Positions 1-10,540 of a stretch of 64,000 nt of DNA are shown piece after piece. The DNA lies in the NCBI GenBank assembly GCA_035557715.1, contig DATMDQ010000151.1, forward strand, positions 2,464 to 66,463. Reading direction: 5' to 3'. The DNA is from Gemmatimonadales bacterium. Its GTDB lineage: Bacteria; Gemmatimonadota; Gemmatimonadetes; Gemmatimonadales; GWC2-71-9. The position numbers and the translations under genes were made by a program. The notes under the pieces are model-generated. The model made no database searches and had not been told where the DNA came from. It saw only the letters and a list, made by a program, of their open reading frames with translations. How positions within the stretch are numbered: position 1 is the stretch's first letter; each line of letters starts with the position of its first letter.

Positions 1-452
1 AGAAACAGCTCGGAGGGTAGCGTTGGTGGGGTCAGCGTGCCGGCCATCGCCTGGAATCTCTCGCATTCCGCCTGCGATGCGTTCGGATCGAAGCACACCG
101 CCAGGGCCTCGACCAAGGGTGGCCGGTCAGGCCGTTCCAGCGCATCAAGCCAGGGGTGGCATTCGGTCACCTGCCTGCACGTCAGCCGGACCCGAACCAC
201 GCCGTCCAGCCAGCAGGGCCCTTCCGCCAGGCCGGCCAGGAGCGGTTGGCTGAGGAGCATGCTTTCTCCGCTCGGAGTGACTGCCCCAAATCGCAATTTG
301 CCTCGCTCATTACGCTGGTGCAGTACCACTCCCCAGCCGAAGACAGGTCGCTGTAGCCGATACCAATCCAGCACTCTAACGAGTTGTTCCCGTAAGGCTT
401 CGACAACGAGCGGAGATGGCATGGTTTCGACTGGCGGAAAAGGTTGTTGCAT
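1..452 (-). CDS. Hypothetical protein, 3'-truncated by the window edge
   Basis: Manual translation of the minus strand from ATG 452 (alternative ATG 422) stays open to base 1: MQQPFPPVETMPSPLVVEALREQLVRVLDWY... Not in the ORF track because it has no stop. No family recognised. Confidence 0.55.
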   Translation of the reverse strand, partial: MQQPFPPVETMPSPLVVEALREQLVRVLDWYRLQRPVFGWGVVLHQRNERGKLRFGAVTPSGESMLLSQPLLAGLAEGPCWLDGVVRVRLTCRQVTECHPWLDALERPDRPPLVEALAVCFDPNASQAECERFQAMAGTLTPPTLPSELF

Positions 453-512
453 CGCCCCAGGATGGGGCCTGGTCGCCCAATAGGTATGCAGAATGTGGGC
501 CAGAGCGGACTC

Positions 513-599
513 GGAGCTGGGACCTGGGAAGCTAGGAGCTAGGATCTAGGGCTAGGGCGCGAAGCTAACGATCGGGACCTTCTGCCTGGCTCCCAGCCC
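513..599. repeat. Heptamer-array inverted repeat (GGAGCT[A/G]-like units)
   Basis: 513-557 holds degenerate GGAGCTG/GGACCTG/GGAGCTA/GGATCTA units; complementary arm CCTGGCTCCCAGCCC at 585-599. Confidence 0.65.
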
Positions 600-645
600 G
601 CACTGGCGGACCCCCCTCTGATCGGCCACATTCTGCGATTCATCC

Positions 646-1998
646 ATGACCCACAAATACCCCTCCTCCCACGTCTTGTACCGCAAGCTGAAGCGGGAGT
701 ACCCGCGCATCGTTCGGGGAGACGGTTGCTACCTCCATGACGACCAGGGGCGGCGCTACCTGGACGGCTCCGGCGGTGCATACGTCGTGAACGTGGGCCA
801 TGGGGTGAGCGAGATTGCGGAGGCACTCGCGTGCCAGGCAGCAAGAGTGGCGTACGTGACCGGGACCACCTTCACCAATGACGCCGTGGAGGAGCTCGCC
901 GCCGAAATCGCGCGGCTCTCCCCCGGTGATCTCCAGCTGGTATACCCGCTGGCCAGCGGCTCCGAGGCGGTCGAAGCCGCGCTCAAGCTCGCCCGGCAAT
1001 ACTGGGCAGAGTCGGGTCGACCGAAGAAACACAAGCTGCTCGCGCTGGCGCCTTCCTATCACGGGAACACGCTTCTCGCGCTCTCGGCATCGTCGCGGGA
1101 GCAGTACAAGACCTATTACGGTGAGTGGCTGGTTCCGGTGGCCCGGGCACCGGCTCCGTACTCCTATCGCTGCGCGTGCCGTGGTGTAGCGCCGCTCTGT
1201 CCCGCGTGCAGTGGGACTGCCATCGAGGAGGCAATCGTAAGGGAGGGGCCGGAGACGGTCGCCGCGCTCATCGCCGAGCCGGTGGGCGGCTCCTCGAGCG
1301 GCGCTTCGGTTCCCGCCAAGGAATACTGGCCGCGGGTGCGGGAGATCTGCAGCCGGCACGAGGTCCTGCTGGTGGCCGACGAGATTCTCACCGGTGCCGG
1401 CCGGACCGGTACCTGGTCGGCGCTCGAGCCTTATGGTGTCGTGCCCGACATCATGGTACTCGGCAAGGGGATCGCTGGGGGGTACGCCCCGCTCTCCGCG
1501 GTCGTGGCGCCGCGGCGGCTGGTCGATGTCCTGGCCCGCGGCTCGGGGGTGTTCCTTCACGCGCAGACGTTCTCCCATCATGCCACGCTGTGCGCGGCGG
1601 GAGTGGCCACGATCAAGTACCTCCGTCATCACGGCCTCATCGAGCGCTCCGCGGCGATGGGACGGGTGCTGCATCGTCAGCTGGAGGAGCTCCGCGCGTT
1701 CGAGTGCGTGGGCGACGTGCGGGGTCGTGGGCTGTTGGCCGGCATCGAGTTCGTGGAGGACAGGTCCACCCGCCGCCCCTTTCCGCCGGCCGTGCGTTTT
1801 GCCGAGTCGTTCGCGGCCAATGCGCTCGATCTCGGGCTTGTGGTCTGGCCCAATTCCGGGCAGCTCGCCGACGGAACCGGGGACCTCGCCATGCTGGCTC
1901 CACCTTTTGTGATCGACGAGCAGCAGATCGCCGAGATGGTGGGCCTCTTCGGCCGAGCCGTGGAAAAAACCGTTACCCAGGTAGCCGCCGCACGATGA
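646..1998 (+). CDS. Class III PLP-dependent aminotransferase (omega-amino acid/diamine type)
   Basis: Motifs YLDGSGG, SGSEAVEAALK, SYHG, ADEILTGAGRTG, GKG (PLP lysine), VGDVRGRGL. Confidence 0.9.
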   Translation: MTHKYPSSHVLYRKLKREYPRIVRGDGCYLHDDQGRRYLDGSGGAYVVNVGHGVSEIAEALACQAARVAYVTGTTFTNDAVEELAAEIARLSPGDLQLVYPLASGSEAVEAALKLARQYWAESGRPKKHKLLALAPSYHGNTLLALSASSREQYKTYYGEWLVPVARAPAPYSYRCACRGVAPLCPACSGTAIEEAIVREGPETVAALIAEPVGGSSSGASVPAKEYWPRVREICSRHEVLLVADEILTGAGRTGTWSALEPYGVVPDIMVLGKGIAGGYAPLSAVVAPRRLVDVLARGSGVFLHAQTFSHHATLCAAGVATIKYLRHHGLIERSAAMGRVLHRQLEELRAFECVGDVRGRGLLAGIEFVEDRSTRRPFPPAVRFAESFAANALDLGLVVWPNSGQLADGTGDLAMLAPPFVIDEQQIAEMVGLFGRAVEKTVTQVAAAR

Positions 1999-3563
1999 GC
2001 GCTCCCGCCAAGATCACCTACACCTCCGCCAGTGGCGATCTGGAGGAGTTTCACCACCACTTCGACGCCGCCCTCGCCGGGATCAGACGCAACGCCGGGC
2101 AGTCGCATCCGTTCTACATCGACGGCCAACCGGTGGAGACTGGCTCCGAGGTCCTGGTGGACCGGTCGCCGGTGGACACCACTCTCGTGCTCGGCCGCTT
2201 TGCCGCGGCGGCGGCCACCCACGTCGATGCCGCGGTGGCCGCCGCCCGCCGAGCTCAGCGGGACTGGGCCCGGCGGCCCTGGCAGGAACGGCTCTTGGTG
2301 CTCCGGCGAGCCGCGTCTCTGATTCGGCAGCGCAAGTACGAATTGGCCGCCTTGATGAGTCTGGAGGTGGGCAAGAGCAGGCTCGAATCCATGGGCGACG
2401 CGGAGGAGTCGGCTGACCTGATCGATTACTACTGTCAGCAGGTCGAGGACGCGGACGGATTCGTCCGGCCGATGGCGCGAATCACACCGGTCGAGCGAAA
2501 CACCGACGTGCTCCGCCCGTACGGTGTCTTTGCCTGTATTGCCCCGTTCAATTTTCCTCTCGCCCTCTCGGCCGGAATGTCGTCGGCCGCCCTGGCCGCT
2601 GGAAATGCCGTGGTATACAAGCCGGCGGAGGACACGCCCTGGACCGGGCTCAAACTGTACGAGGTGTATCGCGACGCCGGCGTGCCGGCCGGCGTGTTCA
2701 ACCTCCTGTTCGGACGGCGGGAAGTAATCGGCGACCCGCTGTGGCAGCATCCCGGGATCGACGGCGTCGTCTTCACCGGCTCGAAGCGGGTGGGCATGCG
2801 TATCCACGCCGGGCTGAGCGGACGCTGGATCAAGCCATGTCTCCTGGAGCTGGGCGGAAAGAATGCGGCCGTGGTGCTGCGCGGCGCCGATCTCGATGCC
2901 GCCGCCGAAGGGGTGATGCGCTCGGCGTTCAGTCTCCAGAACCAGAAATGTAGCGCTACCTCCCGAGTCTACGTGCAGCGGGAGGTGCTGACGCCGTTCC
3001 TGGATCGCCTGATAAAGAAGACCCGGGCCATTCGGATGGGCGACCCGTCGGAGCGGGATGTGTTCTTCGGACCGGTCATCAACCAGAGCTCGGTGGAACG
3101 GTTCGAGCGGGCGGTGGCGCAGGCCCGGGAGGAAGGAAGCGTGTCGCTCGGTGGGGAGCGTCTGACCGGAGGTATCTTCGATCGGGGTCACTACGTCGCT
3201 CCGACCGTCGCGCGGCTGCCGCTGGATTCCTCGCTGTTTCAGGAGGAGCTCTTTGTCCCCTTCCTTGCGGTGGGAGAGGTCACCGGCCTTGACCAGGCCA
3301 TCGCCGAGACCAACCGGGTGGAGTACGGTCTCACTGCCGGTATCTTCGCCGGAGATCCCGCCGAGGTTGCCCGTTTCTTCGACGAGGTCGAGGCGGGCGT
3401 GTGCTACGCCAACAAGCGCACCGGTGCCACGACGGGCGCCTGGCCCGGGGCACAGGCGTTCTGTGGCTGGAAGGGATCCGGGTCGAGTGGAAAGGGTGGC
3501 TGCGGGCCGTACTATGTCGCCCAGTTCATGCGGGAGCAGAGCCGAACCGTGATCGAAAGCTGA
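1995..3563 (+). CDS. NAD-dependent aldehyde dehydrogenase (P5C-dehydrogenase-like)
   Basis: ATG 1995 overlaps the upstream stop (ATGA). Motifs PFNFP, KPAE, FTGS, ELGGKN, catalytic QKCSA, EELFVP, YGLTAG. The ORF-track start at 1125 is over-extended. Confidence 0.9.
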   Translation: MSAPAKITYTSASGDLEEFHHHFDAALAGIRRNAGQSHPFYIDGQPVETGSEVLVDRSPVDTTLVLGRFAAAAATHVDAAVAAARRAQRDWARRPWQERLLVLRRAASLIRQRKYELAALMSLEVGKSRLESMGDAEESADLIDYYCQQVEDADGFVRPMARITPVERNTDVLRPYGVFACIAPFNFPLALSAGMSSAALAAGNAVVYKPAEDTPWTGLKLYEVYRDAGVPAGVFNLLFGRREVIGDPLWQHPGIDGVVFTGSKRVGMRIHAGLSGRWIKPCLLELGGKNAAVVLRGADLDAAAEGVMRSAFSLQNQKCSATSRVYVQREVLTPFLDRLIKKTRAIRMGDPSERDVFFGPVINQSSVERFERAVAQAREEGSVSLGGERLTGGIFDRGHYVAPTVARLPLDSSLFQEELFVPFLAVGEVTGLDQAIAETNRVEYGLTAGIFAGDPAEVARFFDEVEAGVCYANKRTGATTGAWPGAQAFCGWKGSGSSGKGGCGPYYVAQFMREQSRTVIES

Positions 3564-3574
3564 GAAGGAGTTCT

Positions 3575-4906
3575 ATGACTGCACGCGATTATCCGAAGAT
3601 CGTCGTTCCCCCGCCGGGGCCAAAGGCTCGCGCCATCGTGGACCGCGACGCCGCCTGGACCTCCACCTGCTACATCAAGGAGTACCCGCTGGTCGTTTCG
3701 CGGGGGCAGGGAGTCATGGTGGAGGATGTAGACGGCAACCGCTACCTCGACTTTATGGCGGGCATTGCGGTCTCGTCCACCGGATACGGCCACCCCAGAG
3801 TGGTAGCGGCAGTCAAAGAGGCGGCCGACCGCTTCCTCCACATCTGCGGCTCCGACTTCTACTACGAGGGTATGGCCGCGCTGTGCGAGCGCCTTGCCAA
3901 GGTAGCGCCCGGCCGCTCCAAGAAGCGCGTCTTCCTCACTAACTCCGGTACGGAGGCAGTAGAGGCGGCAATCAAACTCGCCCGCTACGCCACCCGGCGC
4001 ACCGCGATCATCGCCTTCCGGGGCGCGTTCCACGGGCGGACGACCGGCGCGGTGACGCTCACCTCGAGTAAGGCTCGCCAGCACGCCGGCTTTGGCCCGC
4101 TGCTGCCGGAGGTGCACCACGTTCCATTCGCCTACCGCTACCGCTGTCAGTTCTGTGCCGGTGAGGCCGAGTGCAACCGGGGATGCATTGATGTCATCGA
4201 GAAGGAGCTCTTCACCCGGCAGCTCGACCCCCGGGATGTCGCCGCCATCTTCGTCGAGCCGATTCAGGGGGAAGGCGGGTACATCGTACCACCGGCCGGC
4301 TATCTGCAGGACCTCCGCGCACTCTGCGATCGCCACGGCATTCTGCTGGTGGCGGACGAGGTCCAGTGCGGCATCGGCCGCACCGGAAAGATGTTCGCCT
4401 GCGAGCATGAGGGCGTAGAGCCAGACATTCTTCTTACTGCCAAGGGCCTCGGCTCGGGCATGCCGATCGGGGCGATGATATCCCGGGAATCGATCACGAC
4501 CTGGGAGACCGGCTCGCACGGCTCGACCTTTGGGGGCAACCCGGTCTGCTGTGCCGCGGCGCTTGCGACGCTCGACCTGGTGCAAGGCGGCCTGATGGCC
4601 AACGCCGCCCAAATGGGTGAGCGGCTCCTGGCCCGGGCAGAGAGTCTCAAGGAAAAGCATCCCTGCATCGGCGACGTGCGGGGCCGCGGGCTGATGGTGG
4701 GCGTGGAGTTCGTGAAGGACCACGCGACCCGCGAGCCGGCCGGTGAGCTGGTCCACGATCTGGTGCAGCGAGCCTTTCGCCAGGGTCTGCTGCTGCTCGG
4801 CGCCGGAAAGAGCACGCTTCGTCTGGCGCCGCCGTTGGTCGTGGATCAGCAGGATGTGGATACTGCCATGGACATGATCGACGCCTGCCTGGCCGAGCTC
4901 GATTGA
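3575..4906 (+). CDS. Class III aminotransferase, 4-aminobutyrate/5-aminovalerate transaminase-like
   Basis: SD AGAAGGAG then ATG 3575. Motifs YLDFMAGIAV, NSGTEAVEAAIK, FHGRT, EPIQGEGG, DEVQCGIGRTG, AKG, STFGGNP. Confidence 0.9.
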   Translation: MTARDYPKIVVPPPGPKARAIVDRDAAWTSTCYIKEYPLVVSRGQGVMVEDVDGNRYLDFMAGIAVSSTGYGHPRVVAAVKEAADRFLHICGSDFYYEGMAALCERLAKVAPGRSKKRVFLTNSGTEAVEAAIKLARYATRRTAIIAFRGAFHGRTTGAVTLTSSKARQHAGFGPLLPEVHHVPFAYRYRCQFCAGEAECNRGCIDVIEKELFTRQLDPRDVAAIFVEPIQGEGGYIVPPAGYLQDLRALCDRHGILLVADEVQCGIGRTGKMFACEHEGVEPDILLTAKGLGSGMPIGAMISRESITTWETGSHGSTFGGNPVCCAAALATLDLVQGGLMANAAQMGERLLARAESLKEKHPCIGDVRGRGLMVGVEFVKDHATREPAGELVHDLVQRAFRQGLLLLGAGKSTLRLAPPLVVDQQDVDTAMDMIDACLAELD

Positions 4907-5811
4907 GCGGTCGCTCGAAAGTGGTCACCATGCGGGAGGCGATCGCCGCGCATGTGCACGACGGCGACACCGTCGTAATCGAGGGCTTCACCCACCTCAT
5001 CTGTTTTGCCGCGGGGCACGAGATCATTCGCCAGGGCCGCCGGGACCTGACGCTGTGCCGGCTCACGCCCGACCTCATCTACGATCAGATGATCGCGGCC
5101 GGCTGTGCCCGGAAGCTGGTGTTCTCCTGGGCGGGGAATCCGGGTGCCGGGTCGCTGCACGCGTTTCGCCGGGCGGCGGAAGGGAAGGGGCCATCGCTCG
5201 AGCTGGAGGAGTACTCCCACTTCGGGATGGTCGCCCGCCTCAGTGCGGGAGCATCGCGGCTGCCTTTCTGGACCATGCGCAACTACATGGGCACCGATCT
5301 CCCGGCGGTAAACCCGGCGATTCGCACGGTGACCTGTCCCTACACCGGCGAGGTGCTCGCCACGGTACCGGCACTCAACCCGGATGTGACCATCGTCCAC
5401 GCGCAGCGCGCGGACGAGGACGGAAACGCCCAGATCTGGGGGCTGCTCGGGGTGCAGAAGGAAGCCGCCTTTGCCTCCGGCCGGGTCATCGTGGTGGTCG
5501 AGGAGCTGGTGGATCAGTCGCAAATCCGGGCCGATCCCAACCGCACGCTGATTCCTGGGTTGATCGTTGACGCGGTGGTGGTGGAGCCCTGGGGTGCTCA
5601 CCCGTCCTACGCGCAAGGCTACTACGACCGGGACAACGAGTTCTACATCAGCTGGGAGCCGATCTCCCGCGATCCCGCCGCGTTGAGCCGTTACCTCGAT
5701 GAGTTCGTATATGGGGTAGAAGACCGGAAGGCGTATGTGAAGCGGTGCGGGGGACTCGACCGGCTGAAGGCGTCGCAGCGGGTGTGTGCCGGCGTGAACT
5801 ATGGGTTCTAA
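4903..5811 (+). CDS. Family I CoA-transferase subunit A (glutaconate CoA-transferase GctA-like)
   Basis: EAIAAHVHDGD, EGFTHLICFAAGHEIIRQG, DVTIVHAQRADEDGN, GAHPSYAQGYYDRD. Start is TTG 4903 or ATG 4930. Confidence 0.85.
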   Translation: MSGRSKVVTMREAIAAHVHDGDTVVIEGFTHLICFAAGHEIIRQGRRDLTLCRLTPDLIYDQMIAAGCARKLVFSWAGNPGAGSLHAFRRAAEGKGPSLELEEYSHFGMVARLSAGASRLPFWTMRNYMGTDLPAVNPAIRTVTCPYTGEVLATVPALNPDVTIVHAQRADEDGNAQIWGLLGVQKEAAFASGRVIVVVEELVDQSQIRADPNRTLIPGLIVDAVVVEPWGAHPSYAQGYYDRDNEFYISWEPISRDPAALSRYLDEFVYGVEDRKAYVKRCGGLDRLKASQRVCAGVNYGF

Positions 5812-6571
5812 GTACACTCCGTCCGAAATGATGGCCGCCGTCGCCGCGCGGGAGCTGCGCAATGGCGAGGTGGTGTTCGTCGGCATCGGGCTGCCCAACC
5901 TGGCCTGCAACCTCGCCCGCGAGACCCACGCACCCAACCTGGTGCTGATCTACGAGAGCGGGGCGGTGGGTGCCGTTCCCGAGCGTCTCCCGGTCTCGAT
6001 TGGAGATCCGGCACTGGTCACCGGCTCCCTGATGGTCTGCAGCATGGCCGATGTCTTCCAGTATTTCCTGCAGAACGGCCGGATCCAGGTCGGTCTGCTG
6101 GGCGGCGCCCAGATCGACCGCTACGGAAACATCAACACCACCGTCGTGGGCGACTACGCTCACCCCTCGGTACGGCTCCCCGGGAGCGGCGGGGCGGCCG
6201 AGATCGCGGTCCATGCCCGGCGAACGGTCGTGATCAGCCGGCTCGGCCGGCGGGTATTTCCGGAACGGGTGGACTTCATCACCAGCCCCGGCATGAGAGT
6301 AAAGGGTCGGTCGCGCCGTGAGCTGGGCATGCCCGGTGCAGGGCCCACCACGGTCATCACCGACAAAGCGATTCTGGAAGCCGATCCGGAGAGCGGTGAG
6401 CTGGTGCTGGCGGCGCTCTACCCTGGCGTTGCGGCCACCGAGGTAGCGGAGGGAATCGGCTGGCCGGTCCGCAACCGGAGCCAGTTGAAGGACGTGCCCC
6501 CACCGACCGACCGCGAGCTCCATCTGTTGCGCCAGGTGCTCGATCCCAAGCGGCTATACCTCAAACAATGA
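5801..6571 (+). CDS. Family I CoA-transferase subunit B (GctB-like)
   Basis: VFVGIGLP, YESG (catalytic Glu region), GGAQIDRYGNINTT, LPGSGGA; overlaps subunit A. Confidence 0.85.
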   Translation: MGSKYTPSEMMAAVAARELRNGEVVFVGIGLPNLACNLARETHAPNLVLIYESGAVGAVPERLPVSIGDPALVTGSLMVCSMADVFQYFLQNGRIQVGLLGGAQIDRYGNINTTVVGDYAHPSVRLPGSGGAAEIAVHARRTVVISRLGRRVFPERVDFITSPGMRVKGRSRRELGMPGAGPTTVITDKAILEADPESGELVLAALYPGVAATEVAEGIGWPVRNRSQLKDVPPPTDRELHLLRQVLDPKRLYLKQ

Positions 6572-6581
6572 CCGAGACCGC

Positions 6582-7997
6582 ATGAGCGCCATTGAACTGC
6601 CGCGGGTCCTGACGCTACGGGATCTGGTCTTGTTCAACATCGTAGCGATCCTCAGCCTCCGCTGGACGGCCACCGCCGCGGCGGCGGGTCCGAGCTCGCT
6701 CACTCTATGGGTGCTGGCGGGGCTCTTCTTCTTCATCCCACAGGGACTCGCGGTTAGCGATCTGTCGGCCCGCTATCCCCAGGAGGGCGGGATCTACTTT
6801 TGGACCAAGCGGAGCTTCGGGGAGGGCCACGCGTTTCTCTGCGGCTGGTGCTATTGGGTCAACAACATCCTGTACTATCCCAATCTGCTGATGTCCACCG
6901 CGGTCATCGGGACCTACGCCATTGGCCGGGGTGGCAGCGGGATGATGGACGATTGGACCTACATCCTCACCGCCACGCTCAGCGCTCTCTGGCTTGCGGT
7001 GCTTCTGAACGTGATCGGCCTCAAGACTGGCCGCTGGCTCCAGAACCTGGGGGCGCTGGGCACCTACATCCCAGGCGCTGTGCTCATCGGTTTCGGCATC
7101 CATGCCATGCTCACCCGGCCGGCGGCGACGCCCATTACCCTCGAGACCATCACGCCCAACCTGGGCAACATGTCGCAGCTGAATCTCTGGGCGTCCATCG
7201 CCTTCGCGTATGCCGGGCTCGAGCTCTGCGCCGTTATGGGAGACGAGATCAAGGATCCCCGCCGGACCCTGCCGCGCTCGATCTACATCGCGGCGCCCTT
7301 CATAGCATTCCTGTACATCGCGGGCACTCTCTCGCTGTTGTGGCTGGTGCCGAGCTCCGAGGTGCATGTCGTCTCGGGATTCTTCCAGGCGATGGCCGCC
7401 GGTGCCCGGGACTTTGGTGGACTGGCCTGGCTCATTCCGGCTGCCGCGGCTCTCTACGTGTTGGGGAACATCGGGGGCATCGGGGCCTGGCTCACCGGCC
7501 CCGCGCGGGTGGCCTTCGTCATTGGACTCGACCGGTACTTCCCTCCGGCATTCGGCCGGGTGCACCCACGGTGGAAGACGCCGTACGTCGCGATCCTGAC
7601 TCAAGCGGTGCTGGCTACCGTGTTCATGCTGCTTTCGATCCTGGGAAGAGGCACGACGGTTGAGCGGGCGTACCTGATGTTGCTGGACACGATGTTACTG
7701 ATCTACTTCATTCCCTACATCTATCTGTTCCTGACCTATCTGATTGTCCGCATCCGGGAGCCCTTGCCCGGCTCTGGTACCTGGCTCCGGGGAAAGGCCG
7801 CAGCGGTGGTCGTCGGTGTCGCCGGATTGCTGCTCACTCTGCTGGCGATGATCGTCGCCAGCATCCCACCCTCGGATACTGCGCAACCGTGGCTCTTCCG
7901 CCTCAAGGTCATCGGCGGTGCTACGCTCTTTGTTCTTCTCGGCGGCGTGGTGTACTGGCGCGCACGCTTGTCTGCCGTGGGGTCACGGCGCGGGTGA
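6582..7997 (+). CDS. APC-family amino acid/polyamine permease
   Basis: About 12 hydrophobic segments; EGGIYFW, FAYAGLE, EIKDPRR, WKTPYVA motifs. Confidence 0.9.
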   Translation: MSAIELPRVLTLRDLVLFNIVAILSLRWTATAAAAGPSSLTLWVLAGLFFFIPQGLAVSDLSARYPQEGGIYFWTKRSFGEGHAFLCGWCYWVNNILYYPNLLMSTAVIGTYAIGRGGSGMMDDWTYILTATLSALWLAVLLNVIGLKTGRWLQNLGALGTYIPGAVLIGFGIHAMLTRPAATPITLETITPNLGNMSQLNLWASIAFAYAGLELCAVMGDEIKDPRRTLPRSIYIAAPFIAFLYIAGTLSLLWLVPSSEVHVVSGFFQAMAAGARDFGGLAWLIPAAAALYVLGNIGGIGAWLTGPARVAFVIGLDRYFPPAFGRVHPRWKTPYVAILTQAVLATVFMLLSILGRGTTVERAYLMLLDTMLLIYFIPYIYLFLTYLIVRIREPLPGSGTWLRGKAAAVVVGVAGLLLTLLAMIVASIPPSDTAQPWLFRLKVIGGATLFVLLGGVVYWRARLSAVGSRRG

Positions 7998-10540
7998 TGG
8001 TGAGGTTCCTGCAGGCGAGCATCGTTCTGCTTCTGCCCGGGGTGCTGCTGGCGCAGCGGGAGCCGGTGCTGCGTCAGATCAAGGTCCCTCACGCTTACTA
8101 CTATCGTGAGATGTACCTGCCCCAGCTCACCAGCGGCCCCAGCTCGGTAACCTGGTCGCCGGACGGGCAGGAGCTGATCTATTCCATGCAAGGCTCGCTC
8201 TGGCGCCAGCGGCTCGGCAGCAGGGAGGCGCGCCAGCTCACCACTGGTCCCGGGTATGCCTACCAGCCCGACTGGTCTCCTGACGGCCGGCACGTCGTCT
8301 ATGCCGCGTACGACCGGGACGCCATCGAGCTCCGGCTGCTCGATCTCTCCTCCGGCCAGAGCCGGCCGCTCATCGCCGACGGCAGCGTCAACGTCGAGCC
8401 GCGCTGGTCTCCGGATGGGCGCCGGCTCGCTTTTGTCTCGACCGCTTTCAAGGGCCGATGGCACATCTTCATTGCACCGGTGAGCGCGGACGGTACACCA
8501 GGTCCGGCCCAGCGGATCACCGAGGATCGGGACAGCGGGCTGCCGCGCTACTACTACGGGGCCTTCGACCAGTACCTCTCTCCTGCCTGGTCTCCCGACG
8601 GAAACGACTTGATCTTCGTCTCCAATCGGGGCCACATCTGGGGCTCCGGCGGGTTCTGGCGAATGCCGGCTCGAGCGGGTGCCGAGCCGCGCGAGTTGCA
8701 CTATGAGGAGACCACGTGGAAGGCGCGGCCGGACTGGAGCCGCGACGGCAAGCGAGTGGTGTACAGCTCCTACCTCGGCCGTCAGTGGCACCAGCTCTGG
8801 TTGATACCGGCGGACGGCGGAGATCCGCTTCAGCTCACCTATCGGGCCGGCGACGCTACTGCAGCCCGATGGTCGCCGGACGGCCGGCGGATCGCCTACA
8901 TCTCCAACGAGAACGGCAACACGGCGCTCTCCATTGTCGAGGTGCCCGGAGGTGGCATCCAGTTGGTACCAGCTGAGCGGCGGATCTACCGGGAACCGAT
9001 GGGGCGGCTGGCGCTCACCGTGATCGATCGCGTGTCAGGCCGTCCCCTGCCCGCGCGAGTTTCGATCGAGGGAGCCGATGGCCGGAGCTTCGCGCCGGAT
9101 GATGCCTGGCGCTACGCCGATGACGGCTTCGATCGGCGACAGCGCAAGGTCGAGTACGGTTACTTCCATACCCGCGGCTCATCGGTAGTGACCGCGCCAG
9201 CTGGCTCGGTCACGGTGGAGGTCTCCCGCGGACCGGAGTACCGGGTGGTGAGGCGCACTATATCCGTGCGGTCGGATTCGACCGCATCGCTCCGGATCGT
9301 GCTCGACCGACTGGTCGACATGCCGGCGGCCGGGTGGTACAGCGCCGATCTTCACGTGCACATGAACTACGGCGGTGCCTACCGGAACGACCCGCGCAAT
9401 CTGGCGTTCCAGGCTCGTGCCGAGGATCTCCATCTGGTGGAGAACCTCATCGTGAACAAGGAGGGACGGGTTCCGGACATCGGCTACTTCAGCGGCCGTC
9501 CGGATCCGGTTTCCACCTCATCTACGGTGATCGTGCACGATCAGGAGTACCACACCAGCTACTGGGGCCACAGTGGACTCCTGGGGCTGCGACGCAACGT
9601 CATCCTGCCCGGTTATGCCGCGTACCCGAACACTGCCGCCGCGAGTCTCCACCCGACCAACGCCGCGGTGTTCGACCAGGCGCGCGCCCAGGAGGCGCTC
9701 ACCGGGTACGTCCACCCGTTCGACAGCTACCCTGATCCGGCAGACTCCACGAAGCCGCTCACGCACGAGCTGCCGGTGGATGTCGCCTTGGGCAAGGTGG
9801 ACTACTACGAGGCGATCGGCTTCGTGGACAACTATGAGGTCACGGCGCGGGTATGGTACCAGCTATTGAACTGCGGCTTTCGTCTGCCGACCGGCGCGGG
9901 CACCGATGCGATGGCCAACTTCGCCTCGCTCCGCGGGCCGGTGGGCATGAACCGGGTATTTGCCAAGATCGCCGGCCCCCTCGACCACCGCCGCTGGCTG
10001 GCGGCGCTCAAGGCTGGCCGTACCTTTGCCACCAACGGACCGCTGCTCGGTTTCACGCTCGAAGGGAAAGAGCTGGGCGGCGAGCTGGCCATAGGAGCGG
10101 ACAGGAGGGAGCTGGTAGCGAAGATTACTCTGAACTCGATCGTGCCGGTGGATCGTCTCGAGGTCGTGCGCAACGGCGAGGTGGTGATGCAGGTACCACT
10201 CACCGGTGACCGCACCAGGGTCTCGACCACGGTCCGGGTGCCGGTGCAGGGCAGCGGCTGGTATCTGCTGCGGGCCAGAGGGAATGGCCCGGAGTATCCG
10301 ATTCTCGATTTCTATCCCTACGCCACCACCAGCCCGATCTACGTGACCGTGGACGGCGCACCGATCCGCTCGACCGCCGACGCCGACTATTTTATCGCCT
10401 GGATCGGGCGACTGGAGCGGCATGCCATGGATCATAAGGACTGGAACACCGAGCAGGAGAAGTCCGACGCGCTGGCAACCATACGCCGAGCCAGAGCCGA
10501 GTTCGAGTCGCGCAGAACCCAATCAGAGGAACGCCGTTGA
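7997..10540 (+). CDS. Secreted TolB-like (PD40 repeat) protein fused to a CehA/McbA-like PHP metallohydrolase
   Basis: ATG 7997 overlaps the stop; signal peptide ...VLLA-Q; repeated WSPDG motifs; C-terminal DLHVH, HP, GTDA metal-binding motifs. Confidence 0.8.
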   Translation: MVRFLQASIVLLLPGVLLAQREPVLRQIKVPHAYYYREMYLPQLTSGPSSVTWSPDGQELIYSMQGSLWRQRLGSREARQLTTGPGYAYQPDWSPDGRHVVYAAYDRDAIELRLLDLSSGQSRPLIADGSVNVEPRWSPDGRRLAFVSTAFKGRWHIFIAPVSADGTPGPAQRITEDRDSGLPRYYYGAFDQYLSPAWSPDGNDLIFVSNRGHIWGSGGFWRMPARAGAEPRELHYEETTWKARPDWSRDGKRVVYSSYLGRQWHQLWLIPADGGDPLQLTYRAGDATAARWSPDGRRIAYISNENGNTALSIVEVPGGGIQLVPAERRIYREPMGRLALTVIDRVSGRPLPARVSIEGADGRSFAPDDAWRYADDGFDRRQRKVEYGYFHTRGSSVVTAPAGSVTVEVSRGPEYRVVRRTISVRSDSTASLRIVLDRLVDMPAAGWYSADLHVHMNYGGAYRNDPRNLAFQARAEDLHLVENLIVNKEGRVPDIGYFSGRPDPVSTSSTVIVHDQEYHTSYWGHSGLLGLRRNVILPGYAAYPNTAAASLHPTNAAVFDQARAQEALTGYVHPFDSYPDPADSTKPLTHELPVDVALGKVDYYEAIGFVDNYEVTARVWYQLLNCGFRLPTGAGTDAMANFASLRGPVGMNRVFAKIAGPLDHRRWLAALKAGRTFATNGPLLGFTLEGKELGGELAIGADRRELVAKITLNSIVPVDRLEVVRNGEVVMQVPLTGDRTRVSTTVRVPVQGSGWYLLRARGNGPEYPILDFYPYATTSPIYVTVDGAPIRSTADADYFIAWIGRLERHAMDHKDWNTEQEKSDALATIRRARAEFESRRTQSEERR

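Noticed and set aside
1125-1994. ORF-track N-terminal extensions (also 3401, 7889, 34271, 38739, 39296, 41115, 51782, 60381-62018)
   Set aside because: They overlap upstream genes in another frame; downstream starts with SD or stop-start coupling fit the protein families better.
640-4756. Long antisense ORFs (640-1674, 1677-3191, 3512-4756)
   Set aside because: Shadow frames of well-supported plus-strand enzymes, typical of high-GC codon bias.
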